Virus record (IMG/VR): IMGVR_UViG_3300045988_174992
Length of the DNA: 64,000 bases
DNA from: a virus
Strand: one strand, 5' to 3'
Positions 1-8,896 of the stretch are shown here, in pieces. The position numbers and the translations under genes were made by a program. The notes beneath the pieces are model-generated. The model did not search any database. It was not told the origin of the DNA and saw only the letters and a list, made by a program, of their open reading frames with translations. The first letter of the stretch is position 1. Each line of letters begins with the position of its first letter.

Positions 1-1
1 T

Positions 2-91
2 TCTTCTGGTGTATTGCCAAGACCAGAAGATGAAATAACTGTTGCTCCATCCACTATTGGTGACCCATTAGTAGTATCAATAGATTCATAG
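2..91 (+). CDS. C-terminal end of a CDS that starts upstream of the window (product unknown)
   Basis: Frame 2 is open from the window edge to TAG 89-91 (...STIGDPLVVSIDS*). Element E0 starts 5 nt after the stop. Confidence 0.4.
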   Translation, partial: SSGVLPRPEDEITVAPSTIGDPLVVSIDS

Positions 92-96
92 ATTCA

Positions 97-173
97 CTAG
101 GAAAGTACCTAGAATGTTTAGGAAGTGGAAAATGCTTCAGACTTAAGTCTGAAGCATTTTTTGTTTTTTTCTA
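97..173 (+). promoter_or_regulatory. Stop-proximal structured element, copy E0 (AT-drifted), containing a terminator hairpin
   Basis: P1 is CTAGG 97-101 / CCTAG 108-112. P2 is TAGGAA 119-124 / TTTCTA 168-173. GTGG lies at 125-128. P3 is 129-142 / 147-160 (14 bp) followed by a T-run. 31/38 identical to E3 over 97-134. Confidence 0.6.
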
Positions 174-204
174 GTTAACTCTTAAAAGATATTCAATTGA
201 TGAT

Positions 205-220
205 ATTTTTACTTAAGCAT
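205..220 (+). promoter_or_regulatory. Late-type motif ATTTTTA..TAAG
   Basis: ATTTTTACTTAAGCAT, 13 nt before ATG 234 and just after the E0 terminator. Confidence 0.35.
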
Positions 221-233
221 ATATCTAACTTAC

Positions 234-2069
234 ATGAAAAGCAACACAATCATAATAAATGGAGACAAATATTTAGTGGAAATGATTGATTCTGATATAA
301 TTTCTACTAAACAGTATGTTGCATTCAGAAATAATGATGTCATAAATGACATGACTGTAGATACAGATATATACTTAGCTCCAATAGATAGGGATATCCC
401 TATTATATGGCCATCTACTAACACAACGGGAATTCCATTGATGTCAACAAATTCTGATGCATTTTCAGAATCTATTAAAAATGAATATGATAATCCAACG
501 CCAGCAAGAATTATTCCTAAATATTATTCTACATGGCGTTGGCGTAGATATTCATTCAGCATATTGCTTGATGAAGATCTATATATAAAGAATGTTAAAA
601 CAATAAAGCTTAGAATATGGCACCCAACAACTGATTTGAATCGTGATATGATATTGTATGTTGATAGTTGGGTAAATTCTTTACATATCCATTGGTATTG
701 CGATATAATACAACGTGAAGATAAGCATACAGGTAAAGAAAGACGACTAAATCAAGATATATACAATGAGTATTTTGAGGTAGAAATTCCTGACTTTAGA
801 GACGTCTTATATGGGTCTACATATATAGAAGAACCATCATTGATATTTAGAAATGAATATTCTAAAAATAAGATAAAATATGCTGAAGAACTTATTCCAG
901 TTAGAGCCATCCATAAAGATACAGATTATAAAGTATATGAAGAGTTAGAAGAACCAGAAGATGGATGTATTCAATTGGCAGATATGAACTTACTGTTGCA
1001 TTATTGGAAATATCATAAGGAAGATGATGGAACAGAAATGAAGGAGTATGTTGAAAATCCATACTCTATTCCTGAAATGATTTCACTAAATGTAACTTTA
1101 TATCCATGGAAATCAATATCGGATAATGGAATATTTACTATAAACAAATATGCTAAACCTGCTTCTTGCTATTTTGTTGATGACTTTAAAATGTCAATAA
1201 AAGCATCATTTGAATTCATAAATGGTACAATATCAGTAGTTGGTAGATTTTGCTATCCAGAATCATTTTCTTCTATAGAATCTGCTTGGCAAAGAATATA
1301 TAGTACTGACTTTTCTAAATATAAGTCATTATCAGAAAAGGCCAAAGATTATGAAGATTTGAAAGAAATTTTGGGTGATAGCTTAGAAATGGTAAAATAC
1401 ACATGTATTGTTTCTTCTGACTATCTATCAAAAAACATAATACATGAAGAAATATCATATTCTGATAGGGTTGATGACTTTTCGTTTCCTATGAAAGACC
1501 TGTTTTCTAAATGGTCACAAGTACCAGATAATGTTTATGTAAGACTCATAATGGAAGACAGAGCTATTGGTAAGAACTGTTCTTCTCCTACTGTATTATT
1601 TACCAAAGACAAATTGAAATATACAATAAATGAACAACAGTATACTAGATTGTCTATAAAGAAAAAAGAAACAGATATTGATGATATGAATAAAGAGAAT
1701 TTCAACTTCATAAGCAATATGAATTGTCGTATAGTAAAGAGTAATGATGACAAACAGCAAATACAAAAGAATTCTGTTCAACCAAGAATAATTTACAAAC
1801 CAATATTCTTTAAAGTTCAGGATTTGCAGAATATAGTATTGCGTTCAAACATGTCACAAAACATTGGAATATCATTATCTTCTTATGTAAACAAAGTAGA
1901 TGAATTCATATTGTCAATAGGAGAAAACAAGTGGCATGAAAGTTCAAGAACATCTTCATTTGTCATATTCAATGTAAATTCCAAACTTATAAAAGAAGCA
2001 ACTGGAAAATATGATATTCTTACTTCTGATAATGAATATCTGTCTACAGGAAATTATACCATAGAATAA
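234..2069 (+). CDS. Hypothetical virion (baseplate-module) protein, 611 aa
   Basis: Long ORF and first gene of a tightly packed co-directional block with the gp25-like and gp6/J-like genes. No motif recognised. Confidence 0.5.
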   Translation: MKSNTIIINGDKYLVEMIDSDIISTKQYVAFRNNDVINDMTVDTDIYLAPIDRDIPIIWPSTNTTGIPLMSTNSDAFSESIKNEYDNPTPARIIPKYYSTWRWRRYSFSILLDEDLYIKNVKTIKLRIWHPTTDLNRDMILYVDSWVNSLHIHWYCDIIQREDKHTGKERRLNQDIYNEYFEVEIPDFRDVLYGSTYIEEPSLIFRNEYSKNKIKYAEELIPVRAIHKDTDYKVYEELEEPEDGCIQLADMNLLLHYWKYHKEDDGTEMKEYVENPYSIPEMISLNVTLYPWKSISDNGIFTINKYAKPASCYFVDDFKMSIKASFEFINGTISVVGRFCYPESFSSIESAWQRIYSTDFSKYKSLSEKAKDYEDLKEILGDSLEMVKYTCIVSSDYLSKNIIHEEISYSDRVDDFSFPMKDLFSKWSQVPDNVYVRLIMEDRAIGKNCSSPTVLFTKDKLKYTINEQQYTRLSIKKKETDIDDMNKENFNFISNMNCRIVKSNDDKQQIQKNSVQPRIIYKPIFFKVQDLQNIVLRSNMSQNIGISLSSYVNKVDEFILSIGENKWHESSRTSSFVIFNVNSKLIKEATGKYDILTSDNEYLSTGNYTIE

Positions 2070-2072
2070 AAC

Positions 2073-2426
2073 ATGGAAATAGATCTTGCATTAGATAATA
2101 GTAAAGTAATAGAATCACCTTTTGATGCTGCTATACAAGAATTAGATTTGTTGCTTGGAACAAATTGCACCGAAGTTTTAGGAAACCCTGGATTTGGAGT
2201 AAACATGGAACAGTTCTTATGGCAAATGACCCCATCTCCAATGGAAGTACAATCATATATACAGAGAAAGATAATAGAAAATACCTATTGGTGCAATAAG
2301 TTAAATGTAAGCATAGAAGTAAACGTCATAAAAGGATCTTTACGTGATATATATGAAGTTAAGATTGGATTGAAAGCACCAAATACTGGTAATCTAGTTA
2401 AAGAAAAGAAATATCAATACAGATAA
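2073..2426 (+). CDS. Baseplate wedge protein, GPW/gp25 family
   Basis: 117 aa, a typical size. ELDLLLGTNCTEVLGNPGFGVNMEQFLWQ resembles the gp25/GPW signature (T..GE....P.fG..l). Starts 3 nt after the previous stop. Confidence 0.7.
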   Translation: MEIDLALDNSKVIESPFDAAIQELDLLLGTNCTEVLGNPGFGVNMEQFLWQMTPSPMEVQSYIQRKIIENTYWCNKLNVSIEVNVIKGSLRDIYEVKIGLKAPNTGNLVKEKKYQYR

Positions 2427-4079
2427 ATGAGACTATTTGAAATATTAAAGACATCTTATGAGAATTTTTCTGAAACCATGCAGGATTTTCTCAACAAATC
2501 ATTTGGTGGTTTAGGACAAGCATATTCCCAATCATCAATATTTGGATCCGTATTAGAAGGAATAAAGGGTGTCATGCAAAATATGATGTTCTACATAGAA
2601 GATGCTATGACAGAACAGAATATATTTACTGCTACTAGAAAGAAGTCAATATACAGCTTAGCAAAAATAAGTGGATATGATGCATATTATGGTGCCGCTG
2701 CTTCAGGTACTGTGCTCATTTCTAATAAGATATCTAATTCAACTGATAAGATAGTTATAGAAGATGAATGCCAGTTGATGAATGATTCAACTGGTGTAAC
2801 ATATTCTGTTGATTTACCTGTTGATTCCATGGTAATAGATATGAGTAAACCATTAGTTACACATTCTATATCTATTTTACAAGGTACATGGAAAAGAGCA
2901 ACTGCTACAGCTAAAGGAGAACCATTAGAAACAATAGAAGCAGAAGTAAATAGCTTGTATGACATCAATCACATGAAAGTATATGTAAATGGAGAAAGAT
3001 GGTCAATATCAAGTTGTTTGTATGATATGATAGAAGATGAACATAGTTGTGTAGTAAAGAATGGTTATGATGGTGGATTCTCTGTTATGTTTGGTAATGG
3101 ATATCATGGACACAATTTAAGTGAAGGTGACCAAATAACTGTAAAATACATATCTCATGATGGAAGTCTTGGAAATATTTCACCATCAGATGATGTTACT
3201 TTGAAATTCAAATCTTCTGTAAGAAATTCTATTGGAGATTTAGTAGAAGCTAATGACTTGTTGAATATCACAATAACAAGCTATATATGTGGAGGTACAG
3301 ATGCTGATACTATTGCAAATGTAAAAGAATTAGTTGGTATGAATTCTAGATCTTTAGTATTGGCAAGTGAAGACAATTTCAAGATGTTCCTAAAGAGATT
3401 TTCGTTTGTTGGACAATTCAATTTGATGTCATCTAGAAATTCTACAAAGATAACTTGTATTGCATTTTCTAAATTCAAAGATCACTTATCTACTCCAAGT
3501 GATTATTTGGAATTAAGTAAAGAATCTATGCTATTGACTGATAATCAAAAATCCATGATTATTCAAGCTTTAGAACAATCAAACAAAGCTTTTGTTGGTA
3601 CTTCCCTTGCTTTTGTAGATCCAATAATAAGAAGATACTCTATCATGTGCTATATAAAGCTATCAACATCTACAATAAAAGATTCTATAAAAAACAGCAT
3701 AACTAATGTAATATCTAATTATTTCATGTCATTACCTACTGATACGTTGTTCATAAGTAAATCTGAATTGATATCGTATGTTACAGAAAATACTAATGGA
3801 TTGCTTAGCTTTGACTTGGATTTCATATCAGAAGCAGATGAGATAGCTAGATACAGGGGTTATTGGTATAAGAAAGAACTTCATTTTACATCATCTAAAG
3901 ATTTAAGTTATGTTGATGTAAGAACAATATATGATAAGTCAGATATGATTGGATTGGACGAAGTTGGAAATATAAGACTTAAGACAAATCTAGAAATGCC
4001 AATTATCCATAAATGTACTATGACTTATGATGACATGACACAACAGCAAGTAGAACCAATACAGTTCTTCTTCTTATAA
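2427..4079 (+). CDS. Baseplate J / T4 gp6-like wedge protein
   Basis: 550 aa, directly abutting the gp25-like gene (TAA then ATG). CGGTDADTIANVKELV resembles the conserved gG.d.Es.e.lr region of Baseplate_J proteins. Gene order gp25 then J is canonical. Confidence 0.55.
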   Translation: MRLFEILKTSYENFSETMQDFLNKSFGGLGQAYSQSSIFGSVLEGIKGVMQNMMFYIEDAMTEQNIFTATRKKSIYSLAKISGYDAYYGAAASGTVLISNKISNSTDKIVIEDECQLMNDSTGVTYSVDLPVDSMVIDMSKPLVTHSISILQGTWKRATATAKGEPLETIEAEVNSLYDINHMKVYVNGERWSISSCLYDMIEDEHSCVVKNGYDGGFSVMFGNGYHGHNLSEGDQITVKYISHDGSLGNISPSDDVTLKFKSSVRNSIGDLVEANDLLNITITSYICGGTDADTIANVKELVGMNSRSLVLASEDNFKMFLKRFSFVGQFNLMSSRNSTKITCIAFSKFKDHLSTPSDYLELSKESMLLTDNQKSMIIQALEQSNKAFVGTSLAFVDPIIRRYSIMCYIKLSTSTIKDSIKNSITNVISNYFMSLPTDTLFISKSELISYVTENTNGLLSFDLDFISEADEIARYRGYWYKKELHFTSSKDLSYVDVRTIYDKSDMIGLDEVGNIRLKTNLEMPIIHKCTMTYDDMTQQQVEPIQFFFL

Positions 4080-4091
4080 AATATATAGATA

Positions 4092-5012
4092 TTGAATGCT
4101 ATGACAGTAGAAGAACTGAAAAAATCATCACCAGTTTTAGTAAATAGAGATGTATGGGAAAGAATAAAAAATGAAAATTCATCTGTTGGAGAGACCTCTG
4201 ATAAGATAAATTTCACAGCAATACATCTTTATTACAAATCAATAAATGAAGTAGAGTATTCATTGTTGAATAATGCTGCTAAAGATTGTTGCTATCGAAT
4301 ACCAGATAACCTTAAAGAACTTGATGGATATCTGCTTTTTGTAGGAGATTTAGATAATATAGATGACTATTGGAAAGAACAAATAGAAAATCTTAAGAAG
4401 AATGATCTTTTGATAGAATTAGAAGTTTCTGAAAAGATATTTGAAAATGATTATTTTGAAAAGTATACTAGGCAAATAAAGAGGTTAGATATCACTTATG
4501 TCGTACATTGGAAAAATCTAGTAAAGTTTTCTAAACCATTAGGTATACCAGTAATAGATACATTAAAAGGGTTATCTGAAGATATTTTAGGATCAGAAGA
4601 TAAGACAATAGTAAATTCTAAAGTAGAAGAATTGAAATCTATTTATCTAGATCCATTGATATATAAAGTAAGTTTCCCATTAATCAATAAGAAAGTACCT
4701 TCTAATTTACTTGACATAATATCTTATGGATGCAAGAAACATGATATAGATAAACTGAAACATTATTCATATAGATATTCATATAGAGATGGGAATACAG
4801 AAAAGATATATATACTTGCAATAGTAGATAAGCTTAGTGATAATATATGTACTATAAGATTCCAATCAGAAAAATTAAATGACAAAGATCATTATCTATA
4901 TTTTAATTATGAACTGTTTGAATATTTAGGAAATAAAAAGGTTATAAAGAAAATATATGACAATTCTGAATATTGGACAGAAAAGACAAAATCAGATTTA
5001 ATAAGTAAATAG
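4092..5012 (+). CDS. Hypothetical baseplate-module protein (306 aa)
   Basis: The ORF-track start is TTG at 4092; the first ATG is at 4101. Co-directional with the baseplate genes. No motif recognised. Confidence 0.45.
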   Translation: MNAMTVEELKKSSPVLVNRDVWERIKNENSSVGETSDKINFTAIHLYYKSINEVEYSLLNNAAKDCCYRIPDNLKELDGYLLFVGDLDNIDDYWKEQIENLKKNDLLIELEVSEKIFENDYFEKYTRQIKRLDITYVVHWKNLVKFSKPLGIPVIDTLKGLSEDILGSEDKTIVNSKVEELKSIYLDPLIYKVSFPLINKKVPSNLLDIISYGCKKHDIDKLKHYSYRYSYRDGNTEKIYILAIVDKLSDNICTIRFQSEKLNDKDHYLYFNYELFEYLGNKKVIKKIYDNSEYWTEKTKSDLISK

Positions 5013-5014
5013 AA

Positions 5015-5914
5015 ATGGTAGGATTAGAAGGTTACATATTTGAGAATGCAAGAACAACCCATTCTAATAAAGAACGTAAAGAAGAATTAGAAAAGTGGCT
5101 TAAAGGAAAGAAATATCCTGATTATGTAAAGATACTCAACAAAATGCTTGATGATCCAAAAGCTAAGACTTTGCTTGAGGATGGCTTTGGTGGTGATTTA
5201 GGAGATACAAAGTTTGTATTTAAAGTAAAGCTTATCAAGCCATTAAAATTAAGACCAACACAAAATGAGATAGATGTTGATAAATCTGTAAAACATAGCC
5301 TTACTAATTCTGATAATATGAAAGATTTGTTTAAAGATGAAATCATTACTGCCGGCATGCCATTAGTAACATTTAGAGGTAATTATGTTATAGATGGTCA
5401 TCACCGTTGGTCAGAATGTGCTATGATTAATCCTGAAGGAAAGATGGTATGTTTTGATTATGATGCTGATATAAGCCCTATCCAAATGTTGAAAGCTGTA
5501 CAAGGTAATATTGCAGCTGCTTTAGCAGTTAGAGATGAAGATCCTGAAATACCATCAGGAAAGACAAATGGTCCTAATTTATATGATAAAGAATGGGATA
5601 GAGAAAAGATTCATGAATATGTAGATGATAAATTGCGAGAAGAACCTGCAAAAATCTTTTTACAGAAAATGAATATTGATACAGATAAAGGTGAAGATAT
5701 AAGAAAGAAAGCATTACAAGTTATCTGTGATAATATTTGGAATGTAAAGATAAACAATTATCCAGAAGATAATGCCCCATCTAGAGGTGAAATGCCACAA
5801 ACAGATAAAGCAGGTCAACAAAAAGGTTCTAAACCAAGTAGTTATCCCGATAAAGAAGGTTCTGCTTTAAATAGAATGAAAAATGGAAAATTTGATAGTG
5901 GTGCTATTAAATAA
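5015..5914 (+). CDS. ParB/Srx-like N-terminal domain protein (possible nuclease or DNA-binding protein)
   Basis: 299 aa. LRPTQNEID... and VIDGHHRWSE match the ParB-N/sulfiredoxin fold signature (DGHHR). Confidence 0.6.
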   Translation: MVGLEGYIFENARTTHSNKERKEELEKWLKGKKYPDYVKILNKMLDDPKAKTLLEDGFGGDLGDTKFVFKVKLIKPLKLRPTQNEIDVDKSVKHSLTNSDNMKDLFKDEIITAGMPLVTFRGNYVIDGHHRWSECAMINPEGKMVCFDYDADISPIQMLKAVQGNIAAALAVRDEDPEIPSGKTNGPNLYDKEWDREKIHEYVDDKLREEPAKIFLQKMNIDTDKGEDIRKKALQVICDNIWNVKINNYPEDNAPSRGEMPQTDKAGQQKGSKPSSYPDKEGSALNRMKNGKFDSGAIK

Positions 5915-5919
5915 ATCAT

Positions 5920-5935
5920 ATTTTTATCTATAAAG
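5920..5935 (+). promoter_or_regulatory. Late-type motif
   Basis: ATTTTTATCTATAAAG, 15/16 identical to 39429-39444 and 20 nt before ATG 5956. Confidence 0.45.
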
Positions 5936-5955
5936 ATATCTTTAGAATAAATAAA

Positions 5956-6156
5956 ATGAAAAGTTTATTAGAATCATTAAACGATGCTTTAGTTTTTGAA
6001 GAAGAAGCTGAAGTATTTGTTGTAAAGGATAAGGATGATGGTACTATCATTACTGTTTGCGACACTGAAGCTCAAGCTAAGAAAGCTGTAGCAGATGCAG
6101 AAAATGGAAACAACTATGAAGTTGTAAAAGATAAAAAATCAAATTACGTAAAATAA
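5956..6156 (+). CDS. Small acidic hypothetical protein (66 aa)
   Basis: ORF preceded by the late-type motif at 5920-5935. Balanced, charged composition. Confidence 0.45.
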   Translation: MKSLLESLNDALVFEEEAEVFVVKDKDDGTIITVCDTEAQAKKAVADAENGNNYEVVKDKKSNYVK

Positions 6157-6160
6157 AGAT

Positions 6161-7804
6161 ATGTCATTTTTAGATTTTGTAAAGCATAAAGATATGATGA
6201 ATGAGAATGCTCAATGGATAAATGAAGCATTCAAAGAGAAAGATTATAATAAAGCAAAGAAGGCAATTCTCAGTATATTGAAAAAAGAAATTACTGTAGG
6301 AAATGTATACTACTTAGGTGTATATGATTTAAAAGTTGATGGCAATGATTGTAGTTCAGCAATGTATGTTGTAGTAGATAAGGATGATGTATCAATGAAA
6401 TCATCATTTAGCATCAACTTTTTGAAGAGTGGACAATCTATGGTACCTTATTCAATTATTTTCTTTGATAAATCTTATTGTACATCAATGTTATGGGGCA
6501 ATGTTTCAAATTATACAGCTAAGGCACAACTTGAAATCAAGATGATGGGTGCTAGCATTGTTTATTATATTCCAGTAATTGCAAATGTAATAAACAGTGG
6601 TAAGTTTGATATTTCATCAGAAGAAGCAGTAAAGCTTGGGCGTAAAGTATATGATACCAAGAATGAATGTGTTTCTTGGGATATGTATTTTGGTGCCCAG
6701 AAATATCATATTTATGAAGGAATTTCTGAAGATAAGGTTATTGAAAAATTCCATTTAAATCTTGGTCATAAATACAAGAAAGTTGATGATACATATCAAT
6801 GGATAAATGAAACAGAGCTTGAAGATCGTAAGAAAGAAGTATATGCTAAGATGAAAGAAAATACTGATCCAGATGTTGGTAAAGCTCTCTATAAAGAATA
6901 TCGCCAGATATTGAATGCTATTAAAGGTGGTGCAACATCTTTGGAAGATCTTGAATGTTCTGTGAAGAAAAATGTTTCAGTATCATCTAGTATTCCTGGT
7001 GCTGCAGAAGCACAAAAGAAGATTGAGATAGCTAAGTCAGATCCTAAGACGGCATTCAAGGAAATGCAGATGTATGTTAAGATGGTTATCAAAGGAATTC
7101 AACCTGCTGTAATTCTTTGTGGTGCACCTGGTGTTGGTAAGACTTATCGTATCATGCAACAATTGAAAGCTGCTGGATATACTATGAATGGTGATAATGT
7201 AATCAAAGGTAAGTGTTCTCCACGTCAGCTTTATTTAACACTTTATAACAATAAAAGTAAAGGTGATATTGTTGTTATCGATGATGCGGATTCGTTAGTA
7301 GGACCAAAGGCACCTGAGGATAGCATTAATATTCTTAAAGCTGCATTAGATTCCACTGCTGATGATGAAGGTCGTCTTGTATCATATAAGATTTCTGGTG
7401 AACTTAAGGATGATGAAGGTGTTCCAGTTCCTAAGTCCCATTACAACAAGTGCGGTGTTATTGTAATCACAAACTATAATGTTGGTCAAATTGATACCGC
7501 TCTTAGAAATAGAGCATTCACCCAGTCACTTGAATTCTCTGTATCAGATTTGCTTGGTATTGTAAGAGATTTGATGCCAAAGATTGAACCAGAACATCTT
7601 TCAATGTCATCTAAAGCTAAAGCAATGAATTTCCTTGAAAAGTTAGTAGAAGATAAGGAACCAATTGAAGTGAGTATAAGGTCATTTATTACTTGCTCGA
7701 GGATTTATGAAAATGCTGAAGATGAAGAAGAATTGAAGCTCTGTGAGAAAATGATCAGAGAGCAAATGCGTAATCAATCCCTTCGAGGAGGAAAGAAATT
7801 TTAA
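6161..7804 (+). CDS. P-loop (AAA-type) ATPase
   Basis: 547 aa. Walker A is ILCGAPGVGKTY and Walker B is GDIVVIDDADS, both in the C-terminal half. A hairpin terminator follows. Confidence 0.65.
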   Translation: MSFLDFVKHKDMMNENAQWINEAFKEKDYNKAKKAILSILKKEITVGNVYYLGVYDLKVDGNDCSSAMYVVVDKDDVSMKSSFSINFLKSGQSMVPYSIIFFDKSYCTSMLWGNVSNYTAKAQLEIKMMGASIVYYIPVIANVINSGKFDISSEEAVKLGRKVYDTKNECVSWDMYFGAQKYHIYEGISEDKVIEKFHLNLGHKYKKVDDTYQWINETELEDRKKEVYAKMKENTDPDVGKALYKEYRQILNAIKGGATSLEDLECSVKKNVSVSSSIPGAAEAQKKIEIAKSDPKTAFKEMQMYVKMVIKGIQPAVILCGAPGVGKTYRIMQQLKAAGYTMNGDNVIKGKCSPRQLYLTLYNNKSKGDIVVIDDADSLVGPKAPEDSINILKAALDSTADDEGRLVSYKISGELKDDEGVPVPKSHYNKCGVIVITNYNVGQIDTALRNRAFTQSLEFSVSDLLGIVRDLMPKIEPEHLSMSSKAKAMNFLEKLVEDKEPIEVSIRSFITCSRIYENAEDEEELKLCEKMIREQMRNQSLRGGKKF

Positions 7805-7839
7805 CTTTTATTAACAATTAATTAAATAATTTAACATAA

Positions 7840-7884
7840 GTGTTGTCTATTTTCTTTTATAAGAAGAATTTAGACAACATTTTG
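7840..7884 (+). terminator. Intrinsic terminator after the ATPase gene
   Basis: 10-bp stem GTGTTGTCTA / TAGACAACAT with a structured loop, followed by TTTGT. Confidence 0.6.
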
Positions 7885-7905
7885 TATATTGATAAAATGC
7901 ATACT

Positions 7906-7921
7906 ATTTTTAATAAACTTA
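7906..7921 (+). promoter_or_regulatory. Late-type motif (variant)
   Basis: ATTTTTAATAAACTTA, after terminator 7840-7884 and 13 nt before ATG 7935. Confidence 0.3.
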
Positions 7922-7934
7922 CAGAACATTAAGA

Positions 7935-8468
7935 ATGAAAAGCTTAAGTGATTTGATTTTAGAAGCAGAAGATCAACAAAATAACAATCAGAATAATGAT
8001 CAGCAAAATAATGACCAAAATCAACAAGATAATAAAAACAAATCTGTAAAAGGTGATGCTGGTACATTCAAGCAATGGCCAGCTTTTGAAACAACTGTTA
8101 AAGGATGGATTAAAGTCATGTCTGGTCAAGAAGAAGCAAAAGATAGTTTCTTCGATGGTGGTTTCTTAGTACCAAATAGTATAGCTGGATGTGTTACAAA
8201 TACACAGGCTAAGACTGCAACATTAACTAAGCAACTTGATTCTACTTGTAAAGTTTTGATAACAGAATTTTCGTCTGATTTCAGTTTCTTGTTAGATAAT
8301 TTGAAACCTTATGGATATCAATCATCTGGTTGGTCTAAGACAAAAGGTCCAAAGATTGCAGATATCATTAAATCTATGAAGGCTGAAGCTAAATCAGGTA
8401 ATTCTGAAGAAAACAAAAATAATGACAATAAAGACAATGGAAACAGTAATAATGGAGGTACCATGTAA
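7935..8468 (+). CDS. Hypothetical protein with N/Q/D-rich low-complexity termini
   Basis: 177 aa. EDQQNNNQNNDQQNNDQNQQDNKNK at the N-terminus and NKNNDNKDNGNSNNGG at the C-terminus. Confidence 0.5.
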   Translation: MKSLSDLILEAEDQQNNNQNNDQQNNDQNQQDNKNKSVKGDAGTFKQWPAFETTVKGWIKVMSGQEEAKDSFFDGGFLVPNSIAGCVTNTQAKTATLTKQLDSTCKVLITEFSSDFSFLLDNLKPYGYQSSGWSKTKGPKIADIIKSMKAEAKSGNSEENKNNDNKDNGNSNNGGTM

Positions 8469-8562
8469 TCAAACAACCAATACTTATTGTGAAGGAATGG
8501 TAACAGAAGATTCCAAGAAAAAGAAAACAACAAATGATATAATTTCAGATTAAGGTGATCCA

Positions 8563-8844
8563 ATGAAACAGATAAATGAATATCTTGAGAAACCTATAAA
8601 TGAATCTCAAGTTTATGATGACATCATTAATTCACTTCAAGAATCTAAAGAACAAGGTAAACCTATAGAAGAAGGACTTTTTACAGGTTTATTTGCTGGT
8701 GCTGCGGCTTTTACTGTTGGCCCTACAATAATGAAAGCCGTTGCTAATGTTCTTGGAATTGATTTGAAGGGTCCATTAGGTAGTTTAATGACAAGTCGAT
8801 TGATTTTAACTGCAGTTGGAGCAAAATTGGGATACCGTATTTGA
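8563..8844 (+). CDS. Small membrane protein
   Basis: 93 aa. Gly/Ala-rich hydrophobic stretch GLFTGLFAGAAAFTVGPTIMKAVANVLG and a second one, LILTAVGAKLG. Confidence 0.5.
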   Translation: MKQINEYLEKPINESQVYDDIINSLQESKEQGKPIEEGLFTGLFAGAAAFTVGPTIMKAVANVLGIDLKGPLGSLMTSRLILTAVGAKLGYRI

Positions 8845-8862
8845 TATCCCAATTTTATTTTT
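8829..8862 (+). terminator. Weak intrinsic terminator overlapping the stop of 8563..8844
   Basis: GGGATA / TATCCC stem followed by AATTTTATTTTT. Confidence 0.4.
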
Positions 8863-8896
8863 ACTTTATTCCTTGAACATAACCAAGTGATGTTCA

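Noticed and set aside
7935-8468. N/Q/D-rich stretches (7935-8060, 8400-8460; also 51900-52030) considered as nucleotide-level tandem repeats
   Set aside because: They are imperfect codon-level low complexity (AAT/CAA/GAT runs) inside good ORFs, not a defined repeat unit.
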